Source: the human T2T-CHM13v2.0 reference genome, Homo sapiens
Direction: 5' to 3' (one strand)
Assembly (NCBI RefSeq): GCF_009914755.1
Contig: NC_060927.1
DNA: 64,000 nt
The notes under the pieces are model-generated. The model made no database searches, was not told the DNA's origin, and saw only the letters and a list, made by a program, of their open reading frames with translations. Shown piece after piece: positions 41,585 to 57,929 of the stretch. The first letter of the stretch is position 1; every line of letters starts with the position of its first letter. A program made the position numbers and the translations under genes.

Positions 41585-43029
41585 GTGAGTAGAAGAGACT
41601 CAAAAGGACAGAAATAGGATCATGCCTATGTTTGTTAGTGACCCTGACAATATTGTCATCCTTTTGAATAATGAAAGCTAATTGCAATTGTATCTATTAG
41701 GCAGTAATTTTGATATACTCATGATTTGTTTAAACTGAATATTAAAATAGACAGGGACAATACACGATAGTCTATTACACAATGTAAATGTGTGATCATA
41801 GGTTTTTTTTCCCCCAATATTGAAATGATGTTAGGTCTGATTTTATTTCTTCAATAAATAAAGTATTTCTTAAGATTTTACATTTTCTATATGTTGTACA
41901 GACAGTGCATTTTAAGTAAGTCCTACTGAAGTAATGATTATTTGATATATCTTTCCATTTTAAGTTTAAAATTCAATTTGGATTATAAATCTAATAGAAA
42001 GATCAATGAGGCAGCTCTTTGTATTTTGCTTTATTTGTATCCCTCTTGATTTTGATATCTACCTTTTCTGAGCTGACTTTTTGCATTACTTGGATTAGCT
42101 TTAATATCCTTTGGGCATTACAGTGTTTCATTTTTTATTTCCTGGTGACTCATAGAAGGTTCTATAGCCCCATTCACTTTTCTAGAACTTTTTCAGACTG
42201 TGTTTACTTTTCCTCTTTTTTCACAAAAACAGTTTTGCTGTTTAGCAGGTAACTTTTTCATGTGTTAATGAGTTTTTTTAAAATGACCAGTACCCTCACT
42301 GAATAACATTAAATCAATGTGCATTAAAAGTAGGAAACCTGGTTTCTATTACAGATTGTATTAGATTCAGGTTCAGCTTGATAAATGCTATCTAATGTTT
42401 CCTGGTATGAAAAAAAATAGAACTGAATTAATCATAAAAAGGTACTGTAAATTCTGCAGTTAACCTACTTGCTATCTTAGACTTAAAATTCATGACCTGA
42501 TAATGATAGTAGTATTTGATTCCTGTCAATACATCTTATTGCTGAAGGAATATTTTATTGTTTAATGAGTCCAGAAAGTTGTATTTTTATAAATATTTTT
42601 ATTTTCTTAATACTCTTATCCAGAATTCGTATTGAATTATTTTTGGCTGTAGCTATAACCTTTATTACAAATTACTGTAAGTGTGAGAGACAATATTCTG
42701 TGCTTTGCTCTTGAAATCACCCCACTCAGAACATTCTTTCAGAGCTATTTGCATGCTGACTTCTTCACTCCGTTTGTCTTTCTGCTTCCATGGCCATTCC
42801 TACTTCAAATAGCATCCCCAACTTCCTGTCATTCGTTGTATCTTAGCACTTGCTACCCCCACAGGCAGCACTAGGGCTGGAAAGTAAATGCTTATTTAAT
42901 GTTATTTTGAGGACAATTATTTACTATAGATGGGTAGGAGGAGAGTGGTAGAAGGTAATAGCTAAGAAAACAAATTTGGAATCCAGAAGGAGGTAGGGAA
43001 AGGATGTTCAACTACCATTTTTTTTCCTT

Positions 43030-43716
43030 TGTCATACCTCGTATCCAGTTTGTAAATTCTGTGATCTCTGCCTTCCAAGCATCTCTAGAACCTGCCCATT
43101 CTTCACCCTCTCTTTACCGCTGTGGATACCTCTGCTTGGACCATTGCAGAGTTCTTCTAACTGGTTTCCTTGCTTCCACCCTTAACTCTAAAACACATTT
43201 TCAACATCCACTAAAGTGAACCTTTTAATATACGAATGATTCACAGGCTTTCAGTGATTTTTCACCCACTCAGAATAAAATTCACCATCCCTACCTAGCC
43301 TTCAAGATCTGCAGGGTCCCATCTTCTCTTCCACCCCTTTCCCTCTGTTTATTGTGGCCACACAGACCTCTTTACTGATCAAACACTCTAAGAACAACCC
43401 ACAGTAGGGCTTTTGCACTTTATCTTACGTTGCTTGTGATACTTGTCCTCAGTTACTTGTGTGCCCCACTCCCACACTTCACTCACGACTGTCTCCCTGA
43501 GCACACCATTTTAAATAGCACCCCCATGTCATCATTCTGAGCCTCAGCACTTGCTACCCCCACTGTAGATTCTATATTTATTTATGGCCTGGCTCCTCCT
43601 TAGAATGTATGCTTCATGACAGCAGAAGCTTTTTCTATTTTTTTCACTGCTACATCCCAGTGTCTTGAAGAGTATGTGGCTCTTAGTAGGCACTGAAAAA
43701 AAAATCTGTTGAATGA
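43030..43716 (+). mobile_element. L2 3' portion
   Basis: ccttagaatgtatgcttcatgacagcaga...ttcactgctacatcccagtg...tgttgaatga. Confidence 0.75.
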
Positions 43717-44340
43717 TAGTTATATCTAAGACAATTCATGTTTTTAATGGTATTAATAAAGTGTGAAAATATGAAATGGGTTAGGTTTCAAAATAATCCT
43801 TTGTGAAATATTTGAGTGGGTCTTAGGAAATATCTTTCCACAGAAATTGTGTCACAATTTAAAAATACTTAACATTCTTCTCTTACTTTACATAGAGCTT
43901 TCCATTTCAGCTTACATTTTTCAAAGAGCTTTCTCTTACATGATTTAGTTCTTACAGCAGCCGTTTTTTTAATAGTGAACTTCCTCAGACAGCCCCAGTA
44001 GCCTATTTGACCCTTAATACTCCTGCAGTGTGGTGCAAATAGGTTAAATGAGGTAATTCAAGTAACATGCGCTGGGCGTGGGGTGTGTGGAAATTTAGGG
44101 TACCAGCACACAGTGAATAGAGTAATTACTCAGGGGTCAGCAGAGTGGCACATCATAGTGATTGGCACTGTCTAAAGTTTCCTCTATTTGAAAAAATGAA
44201 AGAGAAATACAACTTTCTTGGGATATCTTGAAGTCAGAGACCTATTTGTAGTTTGAGATGAAGAAAAATGGGCAAACAAAAGCTGGATACACAGAGAGAT
44301 TTCTATCAGTATGCTGATAAAACAACTTTAATAATTTTAT

Positions 44341-44422
44341 CTGAACCACCATTCATAAAGTTGTGTGAGAGGAGTATTTTTTTCTGAAACACCATTCACA
44401 CAGTTGTGTGAGAGGAGTATTT
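44341..44422. repeat. Diverged 43-bp tandem duplication
   Basis: ctgaa(c/a)caccattca(ta/ca)(a/c)agttgtgtgagaggagtattt twice, 3 mismatches. Confidence 0.9.
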
Positions 44423-45958
44423 GGGGGAGATACAACACTGGTCACCTCTACCACTGATTGAGCTACTGCTGTGTGCCAAGCACTGTGCTGGGTTATTTCC
44501 ATCAAGAGCTTTATTTCTCACATCAACCTCAAGAAACTGAAAATGTCATGACTCTGAATTGCAAACTTGTATCCTTCAATGACAACCAACACATTTTTTA
44601 AAACATAAGTTGTCTACACAGAAAGAGAGTGTAGAAGATTGTAATTGCTGCCATTTAGTAGATGACTTTAGTCCTCTTTGTTAGAGTAGTGCTTCCCAAG
44701 CATTACTTGGCACTTGATTTATGTGGGAGATCTTGTTACACATACGGACTCTATACACCCACAGTGGAGGCCCAGGATTCTATATTTTTAACAAACACCC
44801 CAAAAGTGATTCTCAAGGAATAGAGCTGAAACTACATTTTGGTAAACATTGAACTGAACAATCTCTGTTTTCTTAAAGCTATTGACAGTGGCAATAGTTT
44901 AGAATAGAGAGTCTTTGTGACTTTTCATCTTCGAGGGACTCATTCCTGGCTGCCATTGATGCAAGTATATAACAATATGGGGTTTAAAAAAAAAGCCATA
45001 GGTCACCACAAACCACAAATACTTTTGCTGCCAAAAACTTAATCTATAAAACAGACTTTCTGATGCATAAAAGAGCTTTTGAGTAGAGAGAGTGAATGTT
45101 GTTTATGGATATGCTACCTACAGAAGGTAAGCACAAATGGCTAAGTTTATATAGAATCTGAGATTTTACATCAAATCTTTCTGCCAGTCTCATTCACAGA
45201 GCAGGTTTGGAGGAGATAGGTTCTAATTCCTGTTATACTTCTAGTAGTCTATATCTGATTCAGACGTAACTCACTGAAACATGAGCTGTTTTTATATGAT
45301 AGAGCAGGCTCTTTAAAAATCTCTTAATGCCTCTGAGAAATACAACATGATAAGTTTTTATGAATGATATAATAGTTTTTTCACTTCCATAGAATTTGTG
45401 TATTATCCATATCCCCTTACTAGAATGTAAGTTCATTGAAGACAAGGAATGTGCCTCTCTTTTTCACAGCTGTGCCATAGTCTCCAGAATAGTCTTGGCA
45501 CACGAACTTCTACTGCGTACACTATACCAGAGAAATAGTTTTGTAAGATATGTAATTAAGAGTACTCTTATGTGTAATTGAATCTTTTTTTATTTTTAAG
45601 TAATAACACTTTTCAACAACTGTTAAGACACAGTTGTTGGAAGCCATAGTAATTTCTTTGATTTTTAAAGCATGTAAAATGTAGACCATATTTAGGAAAT
45701 AATTAAGATTTATAACCAAATACTTCATTTCTGTTTTGTTCTTCCACCTATTTAGAAATTATTTATTGAGGAATTTCTACATTCCAAAGTACTTTGATTA
45801 GCGCCAATTAGTAAGAAGTTCAAATTAAGAACTCATAATGTGAATCTTCTCTAGGAATGCATTACAGTTCCTGCCATTTAATATGTCCTTAAGTGAAATA
45901 GTTTTCTAGTTATTCTAGTTTTATTTTTCTGTTTTAACTTTTTTTCTTATAACCTCAG

Positions 45959-46186
45959 TAGTGCCTGTTCAAAAGTAAAGCAAACCATATATAATAACGT
46001 GATGCCTGCAAATTCGAACTTGCGATGGGATCCAGACTTCATGATGGATTTTATTGAGAATCCCTCAGCCCGCAGCATCAACTACTCAATGCTGGGCAAG
46101 ATCCTCAGTGACAATGCGGCCAATCGCTACAGCTTTGTCTGCAATACACTCATGAATGTATGTATGGGCCATCAGGATGCTGGCAG
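45959..46186 (+). CDS. MED12L: MED12L internal exon (6th) [13 protein letters not shown]...GHQDAG
   Basis: Tandem acceptor cAG|tAG (alternative start 45962), donor AG|GTGAGA; 228 nt, phase 2 to 2. Confidence 0.94.
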
Positions 46187-46829
46187 GTGAGATGGGTTAC
46201 CCTGGAATTCATGATTAACCAAAGAGTTGTTGCCTTGGTGCTTCTTTGAAATTGATGTCGTTAGTAAGTGTCTGGACTCACATTTGGCTATCATTTGCTT
46301 TTTCTAAATCTTCTTTTATTCCTTAATTTACCTCTGCACTATCTTTTAATTTCCTTAACCTGAGAGACAGTGCTTTCTTATTTATTACTCTGGCATGAGA
46401 TGTTTTCAATATGGCCAACAATTACATGATTTATTTTCAAAAACATATAATAAAAATATAAATAAGAATGCCTGTATTTTGAAAAAAACCGTATTTGGGT
46501 CCACCTAAATTACATGATGTCTATAAATTTTTTGATGCCCTTAAAAATGTAAATCGTAGCTCAGATTTATTCACGAAACTAAAAATATTCTAATTCGTGT
46601 ATGTACTGATTATTGTTTGTTGCTTAACAGCATTGTCAAAAATATTTGAAGCCATTGTTATCTTCTTCTCAAGGTTCTACTAAGTTATTTGACAAATGAG
46701 TATTTTATCTGTGAATCTAAGAAAATGACTTGTTTGATGTTAGTGAAATATATGTTAATTAAGTATATCACAGGTGAGTATTTCTCTTTTGTACAAGGTT
46801 ACTTTCTGTGTCTTCTTTTTCTTTTCTAG

Positions 46830-46971
46830 GATTAACGACATAGCCAATTTCTCCTCTGAGCTTACGGCTTGCTGCACTGTTCTTAGTTCAGAATGGCTGG
46901 GGGTTCTGAAGGCTCTTTGTTGTTCTTCAAATCACGTGTGGGGGTTTAATGATGTACTTTGCACTGTAGAT
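46830..46971 (+). CDS. MED12L: MED12L internal exon (7th) [15 protein letters not shown]...DVLCTVD
   Basis: cttttctAG / GAT|GTAAGT; 142 nt, phase 2 to 0. Confidence 0.95.
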
Positions 46972-48626
46972 GTAAGTTTTCTTTTTCATTTAAAAATTGA
47001 ACTGTGCAATTAAATATTTAGTTAGTGGGTAATCTTTTTGCTTTTGGCTTTTATTTAATTGATTCAACTGAAATGTTATAAAATATTTTTTCTTTCTCTG
47101 TCCAAAAGCAGTAAACCACAATGACATTGCCAGGGATTAAATACATGAAAAAAAATAGAAATAAATAGAATGCATAGTTTAATCTGTAGCAGAGGGGCCA
47201 AGAATTTCTTTGTTTCCTGAAATTTCCATTTAGTTGAGATTTCTTCCATATGGATGGTCTCTTCAGAGCTGTTTTTTCTTTTTACCAACTGCCCTGGATT
47301 CCTCACAGCATGGGACATAATCTAACTAAAGCAGTTCACATTCTGAAGAAGGCCACTTTGATATTTTTAAGTGCAAGGCGCAGTATACAAATAAAGGCTT
47401 TGTTGGGTTACATAAGAATGTCCAGGTCTAGATTCCGAGGATGTCCGGTGTTTTTTGGCAATTAATGCCTGGAAGATGATGAAAAGATACCCCTTGTATA
47501 TATCACTGAGTTCCTTGGATAGCATGTTGCATCCATGATGTGTGTATTTCTTTAAAAATCTGTCTTGATTCTTTACTTCTCCTGTTGCCACTTATTGGAG
47601 TAGCCTTTGTCGTACACTAGTATCTCTTATGCATAGTTCTTTATACATTTTTACACCTGCCTCTCAGTTGAAGGTTGACTTCTGAATTCTGCTAATCAGG
47701 ACTGGTTGGATAATCCTATCTCTATATCTTCATTATATGAAGACTTAAGAATTTATGTATATAAAATTCATAGATGTGGCCTGCTTTTCTGGACAGAAGA
47801 GACTTAAATTTTTATCTTTAATATAGTTTCTTAATCTCTTAGTTGTTTTTTTAAATTACACTTTACCTTCTGCAATTCCTCATCTAAAAAATTGGAATTA
47901 ATAATAGTGTGAACCTTATGGTGGTGTGCTAATAAATAAGGTGATTTTTGCAAGTTAACCATAGTCCTTGGCATATGGTGCGAATCAGTATGAAGATTGC
48001 TATTGTAGTTGTTTTTCTTATTATTTTCTGCCAAGGTCACGTGAGATCTAGAAAGGTAAAGATTTCACTGTGACTGAATTAATTTCCCCCTCTGTCTCTT
48101 TTTCTTCTTTTTAAATTTAAGAGTCAATTGGAAACTTTCAGAGTTGTTTTTAAAACGAGTTTAATCATTAAAGAATCCTTAGTAGTTACCACTGAAAGGA
48201 ACTCCAAAACCTTAGTGAGGCTTGTTTTTCAACTAGGGGGAGCCTCCTGGTTTTTCCCTGCCTTCTAATTGTCTGACTCTTAAATGGTATATCTTGTTGC
48301 AGTCTGCCAAAATGTTTTAATGATGTTACATCTTGTAGTGATTTCCTGATTTTCCATTTTTGTTGTTTTGTTTTTCATTTGCATGTATGCAAGTCAAAGC
48401 TCAGTATTTTCTTACAGCATTGGAATGTGGGTAAACCTCATTCATTGTTTTATAAAATAGAAATAGGCCTAGAGGATAATCATCATGATATGTTATCATT
48501 TCCCTCTGCTGGTTCATGTTGGGATTTGAGATCTTATTGGTATTGCCTGCATTCTCTTAGTTATTAATCTTAGATACTGCTTACAAGGTTGTTAGGTATT
48601 AAAACCTGTCAATGTTTTTCTTGAAG

Positions 48627-48747
48627 GTGAGTGACCTTTCATTCCATGATTCATTAGCTACTTTCATTGCTATTCTGATAGCACGACAGTGTTTTTCCCT
48701 GGAGGACGTCGTGCAGCATGTCGCACTTCCCTCTCTTCTAGCAGCAG
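48627..48747 (+). CDS. MED12L: MED12L internal exon (8th) [23 protein letters not shown]...LLAA
   Basis: tttttcttgaAG / CAG|GTAAGG; 121 nt, phase 0 to 1. Confidence 0.95.
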
Positions 48748-49130
48748 GTAAGGCAGCATCCATGAACATCAGTTGCTCTTTGATTGTTGTCTTGATGGAG
48801 TGGTTTCTAACATTACAACACAGGGAAAGGAGTATTTGAGGGTATGTATATTGGGAAGTGGTGTAGTATCAAGGTAGATATGGTAGAATTTTAATAGTTA
48901 TTTTATACAAATTAACATGTATCACCGTGAAAAAGGTGGGAAACTGCTATGTTACAGTCTGTTTTAAGGAAGCACCAAGATTTCTCAGAAAAATAGCCAG
49001 GGCCTTATTTTCTTACCATAAGGAAAATTTATTTAAATAATTATTCCAGGAAATTTAGCTTAATAGGAAACCTGAAGGACTTGTTCCCAAGTGTGTTAGA
49101 AAACTTGCTTTTCCAATCCCCCTTTCCTAG

Positions 49131-49232
49131 CTTGTGGGGATGCGGACGCCGAGCCTGGGGCGAGAATGACATGCCGACTCTTGCTTCATCTCTTCCGAGC
49201 TCCCCAGGCCTGCTTCTTACCTCAAGCAACGG
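49131..49232 (+). CDS. MED12L: MED12L internal exon (9th) [22 protein letters not shown]...QAT
   Basis: cctttcctAG / G|GTGAGC; 102 nt, phase 1 to 1; not in the ORF track, translated by hand. Confidence 0.93.
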
Positions 49233-49536
49233 GTGAGCTGACTGCAGAAAAATCTGATTACCTTTTCATTGGTAGCTAAAGTTTCTAAAATGACCAAATA
49301 GGCTGTCCCTTTCTGTAATTGCCTTCTTAATTTTTTGGGCATGCCCTGGGGGTGATGAAGGGTGAGATGATACTATTCATTGAGAGGGCTGTCAGCACCT
49401 TTTATCTGTGTAATATCAGGATATATTGAGAAATACGAATCAAGAGTTAGTAAGCAATAAAAATACCTCTGCTCTTAGGCCAAGCCATGCTGGTGGGCAG
49501 CATGGTCCTCTCACGTACTGTGTGTGTTGGTTCTGA

Positions 49537-49976
<440 letters not shown>

Positions 49977-50351
49977 CTCATTTATTCTTGTACTAAGTAA
50001 AAGGAATAAAGTAAGAATTTTAGGGGCGTTGGTGAAGTCTGCTCCTAAAGATCATTTCCATATAGATAGGCATGTGTCTGTGTGAGAATCAACACAAATA
50101 TGTGAAGGTCCTACTAATCTTGTTGATGTAGCTCTCTGAGGAGGAACGACATTGTTTTAATAAATAAAAAGAAAAGGATAAGTGAGGAATACTGGCCATG
50201 TTTCTTAGTGAATCCATGAAGCATCAATTAAAGCAAGCTAATGGCAATTAAGCACCCACAGTCTAACAATGAAAGGCTGACTGCCTGTAAATAATTACAA
50301 AACATTACTAATGATGGTAATGAGACTATTAAAGATTTGTTGTTTTTGTAG

Positions 50352-50465
50352 GCAAACCTTTCCCTGGAATAAGATCATCTTGTGATAGACACCTCTTAGC
50401 CGCTGCTCACAACAGCATTGAAGTGGGAGCCGTGTTTGCTGTCTTAAAAGCAATTATGATGCTTG
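50352..50465 (+). CDS. MED12L: MED12L internal exon (10th) [20 protein letters not shown]...AIMML
   Basis: tttttgtAG / G|GTAAGA; 114 nt, phase 1 to 1. Confidence 0.93.
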
Positions 50466-53400
50466 GTAAGATTATTCTGACCCTAAGCTTCTTGGTTAAT
50501 CACCAGAAATGAAGGCAAAATAATTTATTTTCAGGTTTAAATCTAGTAGTATTATTGGAAACATGATACTGTTTGATCGCTTATTCTCCTGGAAAAATTA
50601 GTGGTTTCTCCTAGACCAAATACATCAGACTCTGGAAGATCCTGTCCCTTATCTAGTGTCTCTGGGGGAACTTACATGTAATATTTTTTATGGTATTTTA
50701 GTTGCATAATGTCTCATTCTGATGTAAAATAGGTCCTCAGACCCACAGGGTTGTTTTGCCTTCTCTGGTGGCAGAAATCACACTTTGTGAGAGACAGGGA
50801 TGACTTGGTAATCTAACTAAATGTTTACATTTTATCCAGATTATATTTCAGGAGCAGAACACCAGAAAATCTGAGTCTTAATCTTAGTATTTTTGCTCCT
50901 ATCATGACCCTGAACGAGTATATTTCCTTCTACCTTTGTTTTTTGATGACCCAGGCAATAGTTGCAATGATGTTGATATTATTGATAAATCAATATTAAG
51001 TTTCACAATAATTTTTTTCATTTAATTCATAATGTCCAAGATGTTCTTTACATCCTTATTTGTAAGAATTTTCCTGGAATAATAGCACTGCCTTTTCTCT
51101 TCATTTACAGGGTAATACATTAAAACATTATTCTGTAAATCTTAAAAGCTTTGAATGATTAGGAAGTCTTCAAGTCAGACTGCCTAATTCCAACTTTGGG
51201 TACCTTCTTTTGGTCTTGACTCTTATGTTCAGAAGTAGCTCCCCTTCATTAGAACAGAAATTACTGAGTGGATAGGAATTGCTTTAGATGAGTCCTAAAT
51301 AACATGTTTTGGGCTATAATCTTGCTCTGCTTTGGAAATGTTATTTGGTGATGATGAGGAAGGATAACAGAATTTTCATAAAACAAGCTATTAAAACTTC
51401 ACCTTAAGAAAGGATACACACACGGGCCTGTGAATTTTGTAGTAAAAAGGGGAGGTAGAGCCACGTCAAGGACCACAGCCTCCTCTGAGTGTAGGCGCTT
51501 ATAGATTTATACAGCCAACATTAAGTGCTCATTTCAGTGAGTAGAATTTCCCTACTGTGATCATATTTGAAGGGAAGGTCAGTTGGTCGGTTCTACTTAA
51601 TAAATAAATGTAGGGACCATAGAGATAGGGACTGGCTTTTTTACCTGTGGTATTTCTAGTGCTCATCAGAGAAGCTAGCAAAGAATCAGTTTTCAATAAA
51701 ATTATGTTGGAAGTGTGAATCTATAAATGACAAATATGCTAATGGCAGAAACCAAGATGAGTACCTTCTAGACACTGGCCCCATGATTTGTAGGATTAGT
51801 CTAATCTCAAGTAGAATTTGCCCACCTCTTCATCCACATAATTTGGAGGATTCCCTGGGTCTAAGAAGTCAGGATCAGGTCAGTTTAACGTCAGCAGAGC
51901 TTTGAGCCAGGTGGGCACTGAACGCTCAAATGTATTCTATTGTCAATGCAATTGCAGAAGGCCTGGCACAGACTCTCATACCTTCTCTGTTGTCCTAACA
52001 TCTAAACTAAATGAGGATCTCCTAGTATGGGGCTAGCAGGTACTGTTTTTTCTCTTTCTTTTCTTTTCCTTTCTTCTCTTTTCTTATTTGCAGAAGCTCT
52101 AATTTATCCACCCTACCATGCCCTAACCAACTCTCAATTCCTATCCACCAGGATATATTTTGAGTTAGGGAGATGGGACCATTATATCAAATTTGGTTTT
52201 TAATTTCTACAATGTAACTCAAGGTATAGAGGTAGTTGTTTACATCACCTAACGGTAGTGAAAGCATACTACATTTTGGTACTTGCAGAATTTAGTCTTT
52301 TCTTTCAGCTCCTGAAGTGATCTATTAAATGAAATCCTGTGGGTAAAGTGAAGCTGGTACTCTTTGTGTTTGTATTTTAATGAGAAACATTTGATTATAT
52401 ATTGATAAATTGAAATACATTATTTATTCCTCTCCTCTGCTTAAGATTTTGTTAGTAAATACTCATTAAGCCATTTTTTTCAGCAAAGTCAAAACTTTTT
52501 CTTGGTTGACTTGTGGGTTTTAAAAGGCTTTTTCCATTAACTTGGGCATTGTTTTGCCCACTTGCTGCAAGCAGTGAAGGCCTACTGTAAAAGCATTTGT
52601 TGGTTCCAGGAAATTTTCTTGTCAAGGCCTATGATCCTGTGAGTAAAAGGCAAAAGTTTGAAGGCTGTGCTGTCATTTGGCAATCCTTATTTTGAATTTT
52701 TATTACTCTCTCACTTTTAAAATATGATAGTTATTTGTCTCTCATGGCTAGAGTTTTCTTATTTCTAGCTATTCAGACATTCTGTTTAGTTTCTTTCCCA
52801 GAACTTTGTTATGAAGAAAACACTTTCCTTAGCTTCATTTCACTAAGTATACTAAAGATTTATCAGGTAAGGTTTTCTAATTTGTATGTTACAGAGAGGA
52901 AGGTAAAAAAACAGGGGTTATTCAATGAATGCCCTACTTTTCAGGGCTTCCTTAGTATGCATTGCCCTTTTCCATTCCCAGGGAAATAAATCTCTCTTGT
53001 CAAGAAGTTGATAGTAAGGTGGGCTAAGGCAAAACTTTTCTCTTGACCTATGGATAGAAAATAAGTCATTGTAAGAGAAGAAATGGAAAAGGGACATCTA
53101 GAAGGGTGAGTAACCCATTTTTTCCTTGTCTATAAGTCAAATGAATTTGAATACATTCATGCTTGAAATATTGGTGAAACCAATGTTCTCTGATTACTTA
53201 GTGTGATTCATAATGGCCTTTCCAAGTTTGGTGAAACTATAATTATACAAACAAAATAAGGACCGAGTCTTGAACTTGCTTTTTCTCCATTTCTGTTAGA
53301 AACTTCTCTGGGTTCATGCATTTATGCTCTTGATCCATTCTCTCTATTCCTGAACAACTGGCTATTCAATAATAATACTGTTCATATATTTTAAATCCCT

Positions 53401-53482
53401 GAATGCTATCCTCATTTGCTCCTCAATTATTTGGCAATATTTTGAACTTCTGTGATTTTGCTTTTGTGATTCTATTACTTAG

Positions 53483-53682
53483 GAGATGCCAAAATTGGCA
53501 ATAACAGTGTCAGCTCTTTAAAGAATGATGACTTCACCATGAGAGGTTTGCGATGTGATGGGAATGCTGATGATATCTGGACTGCCTCACAAAATCCAAA
53601 ATCCTGTGGGAAAAGCATTTCCATAGAAACTGCCAATTTAAGAGAATACGCTAGATATGTACTGAGGACTATCTGTCAACAG
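53483..53682 (+). CDS. MED12L: MED12L internal exon (11th) GDAKIGNNSV...YVLRTICQQ
   Basis: attacttAG / CAG|GTATTC; 200 nt, phase 1 to 0. Confidence 0.93.
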
Positions 53683-53779
53683 GTATTCTAATTTAATTTG
53701 CCTTTTACTTTGAGTACGTAACTCTTCTTTTGGAGAGAGCTACTTACACTTATAGGAAACTTGTGCATAGGTGGGCCTT

Positions 53780-55950
<2,171 letters not shown>

Positions 55951-56884
55951 ATGGTAAAAGATAGCTACATAGTCATATAAGTATTGAGAGGCAATTGTGT
56001 GTTGGTTCCCAACTGTGAGTGCATATTGGAATCAGCTGGGGCATTTAAAACAATTTGGATGCCTAAAAAATTACTGATATTTGGGTGCCACCACCTGAGT
56101 TTGACTTAATTAGTCTGATGTGGGCCCTGGGCATGGAATTTTATAAAGATCCCAGGTAATTTTAGTGGGCAACCAGCATTGAGCCACTGGTATGGTGGTT
56201 AAAAAACAGACTTCACCCGAAATAGATCTGGGTTCAAATTGGGCTCTGTTACTGTTGATGATTTCTTACTTTATTTAGTATAATAATTTGCCTTTGAAAA
56301 AAATGGTAAAGAAAAGGCAATAGGAGTTTAAATTGGTAGAAACTCTTCAGAGGGTCATTAACCCCATGCATCTATAGCCCCCCACTCACACTGGACCCAG
56401 CAATTGCACTTCTATGAAATTACCCTAAGAAAATTATTGTATAAAAAAGAGATGTGCACTACTACTCATTTATAATGATAACATTATTCATAATAGTATC
56501 AAAAAGGAAGATCGTTTTCTAAATATTTGTTATACTATGTTGTATCTAGTCAGTGAGATAGTACAATGTATTCCATAAAAATTATGAAGAACGTATATCT
56601 GATAGAATCATTATATAGCAAGTTAGAAAAAACTGACACAAAATAGTGCCTAGAGCAAGACCTTACTTTCCAGTTAAAAACATACTAATATTCTCTTTAT
56701 TGTCTTTTCTTTTTTCCCATTAAAAAATGTTTTTAAGCAAGTTCTACTTTGTATTTTTTAGAAGCCAAAATGCTAAAAATTTTGTTTTTTAAAATTTTTC
56801 TACCTACTTTTTAATGTAATTTTTTAAATTGGAAAATTCCTATCAGTTTTCTATTCAATTATGCACTGTGGATTTAGTACATAT

Positions 56885-56887
<3 letters not shown>

Positions 56888-56920
<33 letters not shown>
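56888..56920. repeat. (AT)16 microsatellite
   Basis: Read directly; ends 44 nt before a MED12L acceptor. Confidence 0.96.
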
Positions 56921-56922
<2 letters not shown>

Positions 56923-56964
56923 GAAAGCCAGTGCCTGTCAATCTAATTGCCATATTATTTTTAG

Positions 56965-57153
56965 GAATGGGTAGGAGAGCATTGCTTAAAAGAACCTGAA
57001 AGATTATGTACAGACAAAGAACTTATATTGGACCCTGTGCTTTCAAATATGCAAGCACAGAAATTACTGCAGCTTATCTGTTATCCTCATGGCATTAAAG
57101 AATGTACCGAGGGGGACAATCTGCAAAGACAGCACATTAAGCGTATTCTTCAG
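56965..57153 (+). CDS. MED12L: MED12L internal exon (12th) [12 protein letters not shown]...HIKRILQ
   Basis: AG at 56963-56964 / CAG|GTCAGT; 189 nt, phase 0 to 0. Confidence 0.95.
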
Positions 57154-57738
57154 GTCAGTCGTATACAGATTGTGTTTCTGTCATTTGATAAATTCTTCGT
57201 AATAATAAAAAGAGTTACTTCCTCTCTTTTTTTGTCCTTGCTAATTTGTGATTTCAATTCTGATTTTTATTCCCACACATTTTCTGTGGAATTGACATAC
57301 TTTATTTTTGGGTGGATGTACATGCTGCAAATTGTATATGATCATCAAACAAATATTGATATTTTAAATCAGTATTGTATTTACATGAGAAATATGCTTC
57401 AGAGAGGGGCTATGTTAAATATATTATTAAAGAAATATTGAAATCATTTTGGATTGGGATTGGTTAAATAGATTTTGAAAGGAGAAATGCTTATTTAGTT
57501 TCAGTGCATAGCTGAGTCAGGCACAGTATTAACTAATTAATAATTAATGTTTCTGTTTATTGGTTTGTATCGCTACTGAATATATATGCAGCAAGATTGG
57601 GAACCTTTTGACTCATATAAATTATTTCATTGTGTATGATTATTCTGCTCTTTCTTGAGAGAAGGAGTACTGTAAGAAATTACTGTATTTTAACACATTT
57701 GATACCCATAATGTTTTAATTCTTTCCATTTTTCCCAG

Positions 57739-57813
57739 AATCTTGAGCAGTGGACACTGAGGCAATCCTGGTTAGAACTCCAGCTAATGATCAAACAGTG
57801 CTTGAAGGACCCT
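57739..57813 (+). CDS. MED12L: MED12L internal exon (13th) NLEQWTLRQSWLELQLMIKQCLKDP
   Basis: ttttcccAG / CCT|GTGAGT; 75 nt, phase 0 to 0. Confidence 0.94.
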
Positions 57814-57929
57814 GTGAGTTTATATTGAAAGCTTATCTCTGTATGAAATTTTATAAAAAGCAAAAACACGTTGATGTTTGAGGATAAAGGAATACACATA
57901 TGTGCCAGTATTCTTATATCTAACTCTAG

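Noticed and set aside
57028-57441. 137-aa ORF extending past the MED12L exon
   Set aside because: Only 56965-57153 is exon; the rest is low-complexity intron read-through.
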